The notes under the pieces are model-generated. The model saw nothing but the letters and a program-made list of their open reading frames with translations, made no database searches and was not told the DNA's origin. Below are positions 24,825-34,700 of a stretch of 64,000 nt of DNA, one piece after another. The position numbers were made by a program, and so were the translations under genes. The first letter of the stretch is position 1, and each line of letters opens with the position of its first letter. This stretch comes from Selaginella moellendorffii (lineage: Eukaryota > Plantae > Lycopodiophyta), in NCBI RefSeq assembly GCF_000143415.4, contig NW_003314348.1, forward strand, positions 288,085 through 352,084, given 5' to 3'.

Positions 24825-24871
24825 GTATTGGGTATTAAGTCAAGTTTGATGGCACTAACACTTCTTGACAG
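24825..24871 (+). other. Putative spliceosomal intron 1 (47 nt) in E integrase
   Basis: GTATTG...CACTAAC...TTGACAG; removal restores [12 protein letters not shown] exactly. Confidence 0.78.
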
Positions 24872-25289
24872 ACGGACAAACGGAAAGGGTGAATAGGCAG
24901 CTGGAGGATTATTTGTGATGCTATGTCTCGGGAGACTAGACCAATTGGGTAAGTCATTTGGGACTTGCGAAAATGTGTTATAACAACTCACCACATTCGA
25001 GTATCGGGGTGAGTCCATGGGAAGTCATCAATGGGCGAGCTAATGAAGGTCCTGTGGAACTCGGTGTGGCCGAGTATCATGGAGAGCTACCCGCGGTGGA
25101 GGCATTCACGACAGAAAGATTCAACATTTGGAATCTAGTGAGGGATTCCGTGGAATGGGCTCAACAAAGGTAGACCAAGTACGCGAACTAGAAGTGCCGG
25201 GACGTAGAGTTCCAAGCTGGGGAGAAGGTGTGGCTAAACACCAAGAACCTCAGGCTACCAAGTGGGATCAGTCGAAAGTTGACCCAAAG

Positions 25290-25341
25290 GTAAAAATGCA
25301 TGTATTCCTGTAAATGAATTGATCTTGAGTTCCTTAAGCAG
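25290..25341 (+). other. Putative spliceosomal intron 2 (52 nt) in E integrase
   Basis: AG|GTAAAA...AAGCAG|GT; removal restores KLTQR-FAGPY exactly. Confidence 0.78.
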
Positions 25342-26115
25342 GTTCGCGGGGCCTTATGAGATTGAGGCACGAATCGGTAAAGTGGCTTACTAACTCCAAC
25401 TTCCTTGAGAGATGGGGAAGATGCACCCAGTGTTCCACGTGAACTTACTCAAGCCGTACTTTGAGGATCCGCTTTGCAAGGACCAAGTAAGACCTTTACC
25501 TGAGGTCATCCAAGGGGAAGAGGAATACGAAGTCGAGGCCATCCTCAATGCGCGTAAGAGCAAGCGACAAGGATGCGAGGTGAGAGAGTTCCATGTGAAG
25601 TGGAAAGGATTTCCACACTGCGAAGCAACATGGGAATCAGAGGAGAACCTAGCGATCTAGTGGAGGAATTTCTGCAAGGTAGAACTCTATGTACTTATGC
25701 AAAGTTCAATTAAAGTATCAATTTGTAAAGTTGAGCAATGGCATATGTTGGGACCCGAAGGCGCACCGAAGGTAAGCTAATTAGTATGGGTTAGCTAGGT
25801 CAACCAGGCATTAGGGCACTACGCTCGACTCCCCGTGGGGATGTCGAATCCGTAGACGTATTCTATGGAGGTTGGGTTCGAGTCCCAACCCCCTAGTAAA
25901 GCAAGGCTAGGTTCAAGTCCCGACCCCATACTAGGGCGTGGTGAGGTGAGGGGTATAGGGACACCTATACTCCGTTGGCATGGGCTCTTGGCCGGGGAGG
26001 CTAACTTAGGCACACCGCTAAGTGGGGGGATGCCCCCGGAGACATGGTCAACAAGTTGTAGGATAAAAAGAGACGTTCGATGTGGGCATCGAACTTCTTC
26101 GATTGGTGGTGGAAT

Positions 26116-27258
26116 TGTAAGGAACCGACTCACTGAAGTGTCGTAGGCTAAAGGATCCCCAAAAGCATGACCGAAATGACAAAGAGTTCATTGGATGGGA
26201 CCGAGTCGAAGATCGAGTCCAAGACCAACTCTGAGACCGAGTTCGAGATAGAGTCCGGGATCGAGTCTGAGGTCGAATCGGAGACCGACTTCGAGACCGA
26301 CTTCGAGACAGAGTCTGAGATCCAAATCGGGTCTGAGACCAAGTCTGAGGTCGAGTCTGAGGTTGAGTCCGAGATTGGGTCCAAGATCGAGTCCGAGATC
26401 GAGTCCGAGACCGAGTTCGAAGTCGGGTCCGAGATCAAGTCCGAGATCGAATCTGAGACTAAGTCCAAATACTAATATGGGTCAAGGGGTGAAAGCCCAA
26501 AGTGTGCGTCTCCTAGGGGGGGGCTGTAGGGGGTTCCAAAAGTATAGTAGGGATAGTGAGGTCCAGGAATCAGTCTTGAAGGAACTCTCCAGTGGTGCTT
26601 CCAAACTGACTTGAGGTTGAGACTGGGGCCAAGGGGCCTTGGGTGGGAGTGAGCATGGGCTTGGGTGGTGCCGGAGTGGCCACCCAGGGAAGTGCTCAAG
26701 AGCAGCTCCCACTCCCGAAAGGGAAACCGACTGCGGTGCTCCTGGTTCATGTGGAGTGGTGCCCCACTTGAGTACCTTGTGGCTCATTGGTCCTCGCCCT
26801 TCTTAGGGGCTTGGGCCTTCCCTTCGGGATGGAAGTGGGGGGGTAGAGGTACCCATACTGGGCTGTTAGGCCACGGTGTTTCGCCCCGACGTCCCGAAGT
26901 AAGTGCTGCACCCAAGGCTTGGGATTTAGAGGGTCCCATGAACAAGTCTTGTTGTACCAAGGGGTGTTAGGAACATGGAGGCTTGGTGTGCTTGGCTACT
27001 TGTGCCTGCGGGGAGTGTAGCCGAACCTTAAGTCTAGTCTAACCCGGGGAGGGGGATTGGGAGAGATTTGGGAATCCGTAGATGAATGGCTAACACTCCG
27101 TTGCTCGTGCAATGAATAGTTGAAACCAAGTAGGACCAAGTAGGAGCTGGTACAATAGGTGGGAACCTTGGCGAGGGAACTTAGCACAAGCCAAGGTAGT
27201 GTTGGTCGGATAGACGAGGTAAGCTTGCAAATTGGAAAGGAAAAATTTGTGGCTTACA
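26116..27258 (+). repeat. 3' LTR of element E (1143 bp), with a 6-mer-periodic GAGTCC/GAGATC array at ~26200-26468
   Basis: TGTAAGG...GGCTTACA, preceded by TTGGTGGTGGAAT. The right flank is family B internal sequence. Confidence 0.92.
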
Positions 27259-30200
27259 GGTAATAGATAAGGCCCAAGGGACTAAGTCCTTAGCGAATGA
27301 TGGATAGAAGGTGCTATCCAAATGTCCAAGGTTGCAAAAACGGGAGAAGTCCGTCTACCCGAATTGAACAAAGCCAAAAATGGAATTTTGGCAGAGCTAG
27401 TGATGGGCATATAATGGCCCATATATAGCAATATTAATCTTGGTGTATGCGATTATAAAGTGAGCATACCCGGATTGAGGAACTACTCCCTAGGCTATCG
27501 GGTAGGTTCATCCCCAAGAATATTTGCTAAGGCATGGTAGAAAGTGCAAAGCTATCCTCCTGGTCTAGGGCCGAAAGAAACATGTGAGGGCAAAAGGCAA
27601 GTAGTAAAGGGATAGAACTAAACTATAAGAAGCGAAGGGCATAACCTAGGGTGGTTATGCAAGGTGGGAGTGGAGAATCAAATGGGTGCTTGAGTGTGTT
27701 ACTACTAGCAACCGTGATGCTATGGAGAGTCTAAAGTATAGAATTGTCCATGCTAGACCATATGGCAATTGAAAAGCTTGCGAAAGGAGAGGCCCTAACA
27801 AACTAAGGGATAGAGTTCCTTCAAGGTTCCCAAAGATAATTCTAGCTAATGTAGTACTTAGAAAGCCAAGTGTAAATGGTTCATAAAATGTGCAAAATCA
27901 AAGTGGCACAGCAAAAGTGTGTTCTTAAAGTTTGCTATAAGGAAATGCTATCAAGGTTAGGGAAGTAATTCCCGAGTGTTCAAAGGGATGACTTTGAATG
28001 AATGTCGATGGTCAAGGACTTTCACGCTTATGCATGAAACCATGTTACATTGGTTGGATGACTTGTTAAGCGAGAGTGGCAAGTCAGGGGAACAAATCCC
28101 CTAGTTGAAGGTGCTAACTTCAAAAGGGGTGGCCTATAGGGCCGAGCATAGAGGAGTTCATGCATGATCACAGACTTGTCAAGTGAGAGGACTTGGCAGT
28201 GCAGAGCAACTAGGTTCCTAAGCTGTGATCTATAGCCCGCTTTAAGTACATGTTGGTGCACTAGCGTGGGGAGTCACGCTAGGCATCCAGGGTGATGCCG
28301 TCTGTAGATGCATATACGGAGGTTAGGTTCGAGTCCCAACCTTCTAATGCTTGGGTTCGAGTCCCAAATCACTAGGGCGTGGTGATGGTTTGGAATATGA
28401 GGACACTTATATTTCGGTGGACATATACTCTCAATGAGTAGATTGGCTTGGGCACACCGCCAAGCGGGGGATGCCCCGGAGTCGTGATGCACGATTAAAT
28501 TGCTTAGTGTGGCTCGGCATATCTAACTTGAACATTTGGTGCGAGTGGCACCAAGGACGTGGTGAATGAGATGGGGACACCCAGTCTTAATTGCTATAGA
28601 CCCTTAGCTGGAAGGGCTAGCTTGGGTGCACCGCCAAGTGTGGAGGATGTTCCTGGGGTAATGGTGAACAACTTAAAAGTCTGGAAGACCTAATGCCTAT
28701 TGACAAACCTGTTAAGGTGCCAAGGTGTGATCACTAGGTGATCTTATGGCTAAAACAAGGATAAAGTCCTTGTGAGGTTAAGGGATAAAGTTCCTAATTC
28801 ATAATGTTAGTTTGAACTATTGATGATGGTGTGGCTTGGTCAAGGTGACCAAGTGGGAAGAACACCTAAAGGAAATCATTTGTGACTATGCGATGTCATA
28901 GTGAGTCCGAAGAAAGTAGTCTCGATGCGAGTAGTCCTGAGTGAGTAGATGCGTGGAATGGTTTGATGGTGAACAGGGAATTTGAGAGAGAAGAAATCCC
29001 ACGACTGTGGCAAAAGTGGATCGCGCTAGGAGTGGAGGCGGACCAGGTGATTGACAACACTGTGGCGTTCTGGAAACTACCGATCCAAGAAAAATCAAAG
29101 GTAACCTCTTGGCTCGTGGTGACGAATGGGCTGCCAGTAGGCCAGCGGTTTCAAGCGGAGAATGCTTGCAGGTGTTCGGACTGTGGGGAACTGGAGACGG
29201 TCACACACATCCTCTGGGATTGTGACGTGGCCAAGGAGACGTGGCGGCAGGTAGCAAAAGCGACGAGGGAACTAGGGGACAAGCAGGACTTCAAAATTCG
29301 AGAAGGGGATGTCACCCAATGGTTTCCAGAGACAAGGGGACCATGCACAGGAGCAGCTTGGCGGAGGATCTGGTGTTGGGGACGCTCAGGATGGGGCACT
29401 CAAGTTAGGTGGGATGCGGTAGGTGCCGAAGTTGGGACCACAGTGTGGGAGGCCCTTGGACGGGAGAGATGGGAGGTATGGCGGGCTTCCAGGGTACAGG
29501 CACTTTGGGAGGCTCGGAACCGCAACCACTTCGAAGGGCAGTGCAGTCGGATTTCAGCAATCATGGCAAATTGGTGGAGGCTCACACTGGCTGCTATCCG
29601 CTTGAGGGATACGCTGCTTCAGGAGCATGGAAAAAATAGGGAGGCGCTCACAGCTTGGCGACGACTATGGACTCCGTGCTACGGAACTGAACACAAGGGA
29701 GAGGTCAAGTGGAAATGGAGACCTTCGGACACGGTAACAAAGGAGGCTCGACGTGGCAATCTGGCACTGGATGCACTGCGGAGGCAACGACCACAGCAGC
29801 CACGATTGGAGGGCAGCGGTCACTATTAGGTGGAGAATTGCAGGACAGCGTAGTTGAGTGAACAGCACTAAGGGATCCTTTGTTTTTTGTATCAGTCCCT
29901 AAGGGACTTGGAGAAATGTACATACATGTTGCACCGAAGAAAGTAGTCTCTATATAAGAGACCATGGGAGGGTCACAAAGTTGGGCCAGGGATAGAGCCC
30001 ACAATAGAAAATCCTAAAGAGATGTATTAGGGGTGAACACCTTCTGGACTTCTGGATACCTCGAGAATAAAGGTAGTGATACAATATTGCTAGGTGCAAC
30101 AATCAAGGATAGGAGCAAAAGACTAGTGGCTAAAAAAAGAGCCATGGGAATCATGGGAAAGAATCCAAAACGCAAAGTTATGCCAAGAACACTATTGTTT

Positions 30201-31772
30201 TGGGTGCTAACGAATTATGGGAAAGGCAATGTGTTTCCAAGGATGGATTCCCAATTGTTTCGATTTGGCGAAAGTGGAAGTTCCAAGGTAGGGAGCGGTA
30301 AAGTAGCCAAATGATAGGGACGTGAACAGCCCTAACACGAATTAGGATAATTGGAACTTGGTGCTAGAGGTTGCACAAAATGGAAAGAGGATGATGGGGC
30401 TGTCAAATAGAGAACTTCCAAAGATGGGGAAGTCGAATTGCACAATATGTGCAATGCAAAGTGTCAGAAACACTTAAGAAATTGACTCTGACAAGTCAAA
30501 TTTAAAAGTTCCAAAATACAAGTTTATATCAATGGGAACTGAGATGGAGTCCGAGATGGAGTCCGAGATGGACCGAGACGGAGTCTGAGATGGACCCGAG
30601 ATGGAGTCCGAAGTCAAGACCAAGACCGGGACCGAGACCGAGACCAGGACCAAGATCGAGACTGGGACCAAGACCGAGACCGAGGCCAAGGCCGAGACCG
30701 AGCCCAAGCCCAAGTCCGAATCTGAGTCCGAGTCCGAGTCTGAGTTTGAGTTTGAGTCCGAGTCCGAATCCGAGTTTGAGTCTGAGAGGGTGAAAGCTCA
30801 AAGCGTTCATCTCCCAGACCTTGGGGGGTTTGGTAAGCTCCAAAAGTATAGTGAGGGGGAGGACTGTAGTGGAGCCAGTTTGGCCAGGAAAGGCCAGTTT
30901 GGCCCAGAAAGGCTGTACCCAGTTTTGGGTGATGAGTTGCCCACTAGGAAGTCCAAGATTAGAGTGAACTCGAACCGACAAGTTTGGTGAAGTGTTCAAG
31001 AGCCGGCTCTAGTTCCCCTGGGAGATCGATTGGCCGATGCTCCCAGTCCAAGTGTGTGGCACTACCTACTTGGATACCTGGTGTGGCTCAATGGAACCTC
31101 GCTCTAAGCCCATAGCTAGAGCACCTAAAGGCAGAAGGCGAGGAGAGTACCCATGAGGCCTGCGTAGGGCCACGGTGTTCCAAAAATGTTGCCCCAAGGT
31201 TCCAGACTATGAAAAGGAAGAGAAGCTGTCCTATAGTGTAGAGATCAAGGATACGGTCATGTGAGGAGGAAGTCCCAGGGGATCGTGGGACTTAGTGGTC
31301 GAGCCTATGGGCCTTGATCCAGTGGCAGTGTTGGCAAACACGGCCATGGGCAAAAAGGGACTTGGTGGGGACTAGAAAAAGGATATTGGGGAAGGCGAAC
31401 CCCCATGTCTGTGGGCATCCTAAGGATGCTAAGGAGTGGATCGGGGATGATCACTCATGGATGGATGGCTTAGTCTTTGAGAGATGGGATTGTGATGTAG
31501 GTGGTGTTAGACCACCGGTGTGACCAAGGTGAAGGGGCATGGCCTTAGCGTAACGGGCTGATATGTCGGTGGTACCTTGGGGTGTCAGTCTTGGGATCGG
31601 ACAAGTGGAGCACTTGGACCAAGTGCAAAGGTTGAGTGGCGGGGATGCCATTCTCGGGGCTAGCAAGCCCAAGTCCAAAATAATACTTATGGAGGTTGTG
31701 AGTGAGACTCCTTCAAGTGGTCGGAGGTGTGGTTAAATGACTAAAGTAGAATGGAAAAATTAGTCGCTTATA
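27259..31772 (+). mobile_element. Family B copy B2 (partial), with a LINE insertion and a deletion joining the internal region to the LTR array at ~30540
   Basis: Colinear with 33220-35480. The LTR remnant at 30541-31772 ends GTCGCTTATA. Confidence 0.85.
28924..29933 (+). mobile_element. 5'-truncated L1-type LINE (ORF2 C-terminus with zf-RVT zinc-binding domain)
   Basis: ORF 28963-29829 contains FWKLPIQEKSKVTSW...NGLP...CSDCGELETVTHILWDC...W and ALWEARNRNHFEG. 17-bp target duplication CCGAAGAAAGTAGTCTC at 28907-28923 and 29934-29950. Confidence 0.9.
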
Positions 31773-34700
31773 ACTTGGTATCAGAGCTGTTCCTTAGTTT
31801 GACTTTTATTGGTGCTCAAGTATATCACCATTGATATTGGCATCGGAAGGTCCTAGGAGTGGGCCTATCCTTGAGGAGTAGCATGTCGAGAAGACATGGC
31901 TCTCCACTCAAGTTCATGTGTGAACTTGGGTGCGATGTGGTGGATAGAAAAGAGGCCAGTAAGGGAACGACTTTAGGATCTTGGGAATAGTATAAGGGTT
32001 TCCTTAGAGAGTTAAGGATGTGATCCAGATGAGTGTTTGACGTAGCCAATTGGTTAATATAGTTGTGGTAAACAACTATAGTTGGGATCACGAGAAAGAT
32101 AGAGACTCCAAAGCAATAAAGGAGTCACAAGATTATCCTCATATAATTGAGGTTGGTGCTCATGAATGTGAGACCAGAAGTAATGACCGCGGGAGGTCAA
32201 ATACGGAAAAAGACATGAGTCCTTGAAATGGTAGCTGGGGCTACCTCTAATAAATGCTGGAACAACCCAAAGTGTTAGGGGTGTACTTAAAGGATGAGTT
32301 GGTATTCTCATCACATGGACAAGTGGTCCTAAAGGGCAAAAAGTTGCCCCAAGAGAACAAATCAAGTGTCGAAGTAACACTTGCGAAGATGGTCCTTGTG
32401 AGTAGGACTTGAATACAAGAAGTTGTATTTCAGTGAGTTGGCACCTCAAAGATAAGAACTCATGGGTCGTTGGATGACAAAGTCCAAAAAGCTAGATGAC
32501 TCAAATAGAGTCAAGGAATAATCCTAAAGGATTGATGGAAGCATTTAGACTAAGGTGTGTTGTACCCCACGAAGGATAGGGGGGATCATAGGATCCAAAG
32601 ATGAGAACAAAGGGTATCTCATCGATGGCAGAATGGGTCGTGGGAAAGGTGTTCCCCAAAAAAAAAAGCAACTTTGGCATAGAGTTGTGTGTGAACACTT
32701 TGGTGTAGTGCTAACTGATAGTGGGCATGAAAAATGACTGCTTTGGTCTTGGCAAAGACCTAGACACAAGTAAGAAGTGTCATAGAGGTAGGTTTGTGGA
32801 GCCGTTGGTGTAGAGACACCAAATGTGCCAAAGTGAAATACCTTGAGGTTATGTTAATGGGTTCATGGGAACCCCTTGCCAAGGGAATGGCATAGCCTAA
32901 GTTAAAAGGCATGTGGTTGAAGTGTAGTGACCCAGATAATGATGAAGGTGTGGAAGCACCAAGCAATGAGTTGTAGGACTTGACAACTATGGGGCAACTA
33001 AACAAGAGGTACAAGATAATTGGTTAAACGGGTAGAAAGTAGCTACCCAAGACTTCTTAATGGCATAAGGAAGTTAGATATACCCTTACGGGGGATAAAT
33101 TGCTTATGTTGCGATATAGTGAGTCAATGTCAAAAAAGGAAATGCTCATTATCAAGGAGACCATCATTGGGACACCCAAACACTCTGGAACACCAAGAGG
33201 TGGTGTTTAGTGTCGCGAGGGCAATAAATAAGGCCCAAGGGACTAAGTCCCTAGCGAATGATGGATAGGAGATGCCATCCAAACGTCCAAGGTTATAGAG
33301 ACAGGAGGAATCCGTCTACCTGATTTGGACAAAGCCAAAAGTGGGATTTTGGCAAGGTTAATGATGGGCATATGGAGGCCCATAAGTAGCAACGGTAATC
33401 CCAATATGTAGGATTATAAGGTGAGCATGCCCAAATTGAGGAACCACTCCCTAAGTTATTAGGTAAGTTCATCCCTATGAATACTTGCTAAGGCATGGTA
33501 AAATGTGCAAAGCTATCCTCCTAGTCTGGAGAAGAATAACTAAAGGAAACATATGGGGCCAAAAGGCAAATAGTATTGGGATAACGATGGTTATGCAAGT
33601 TGGGAGTGGAGAATCAAGAGGGTGCTCGAGGATGTTGTTACTAGCAACTACAGTGCTATGAAGAGTCTAAAATGTGAAATTATCCGTGTTAGACCATATG
33701 GTGAGTAAGGAGTTTGCCAAGGAGAAGTCTTGCAAGCTAAGGAACAGAGTTCCTTAAAGGTTCTCGAAGACAATTCTAAGTAGATAAGTACCTAGAAAGC
33801 CAAGTGTAAATGGTTCTTAGAGCGCGCGAAATCAGAGTGGCATAGAAGAAGCGTGGTCTTGAAGCTGGCTATGAGGCGAGGCTATCAAGGTTGGGGAAGT
33901 AGTTCCCAAGTGTTCAAAGAAAGGGCTTTGAACAAAAGTCGATGGTTAAGGACTTTCACGCTTATGCATGAACCATGTTACGATGGCCGAATGAGTTGTT
34001 AAGCGAGGTTGGCGAGTCAGGGGAACAAATCCCCTAATTGAAGGTGCTAACTTCAAAAGGGGTGGCCCATGGGGCCGAGCATGGAAGAGTCCATGCATGA
34101 TCATAGACTTGTCAAGCAAAAGGACTTGGCAGTGTAGAGGAACTAGGTTCCTAAGCTGTGATCTATAGCGCACTTTAAGTATAAGTTGGTGCACCAGTGT
34201 GGGGAGTCACGCCAAACATCCTGTGCAATGCCATTTGTAGATGCATATACAGATGTTGGGTTTGAGTCCCGACCCTCTAGTGCTTGGGTTCGAGTCCCAA
34301 ATCACTAGGGCATGGTGATGGTTTGGAATATTAGGATACTCATATTTCGGTAGTCATGGACTCTCAGTGAGGAGATTGGTTTAGGCACACCGCCAAGCGA
34401 GGGATGCCTCGGAGTTGTGATGCATGGTTAGATTACTTAGTGTGGCTCGGCATATCTAACTTGAACACTTTAGTGCGAGTGGCACCAAGGATGTAGTGAG
34501 TGAGATGGGGACACCTAATCTTAGTTGCTATAAACCCTTTGCCGTAAGGGCTGGCTTGGGTGCACCACCAAGTGTGGGGGATGCCCCTAAAGTCATGGTG
34601 AACAACTTAAAAGTCTAGAAGACTTAGTACCTATTGGCAAATTTGTTAAGGTGCCAAGGTTAGATCACTAGGTGATCTTATGGCCAAAACAAAGACAAAG

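Larger units (their letters stand above)
21264..25660 (+). pseudogene. Decayed gag-pol of Ty3/gypsy chromovirus E
   Basis: CYNCGEAGHFSREC, IDTGA, IYIDD, RNase H, H...H...CPTC, MDFI/SDRD, AGPY and chromodomain EYEVEAIL...VKWKGF...ATWE. Many in-frame stops, an internal gag deletion at ~21523, and two intron-like insertions. Confidence 0.95.

Noticed and set aside
33155-33270. HDV-ribozyme-like ending (hairpin followed by GCGAATG) in the B interior
   Set aside because: No P1/P3/L3 nested pseudoknot could be drawn; it fits a simple multibranch fold instead.
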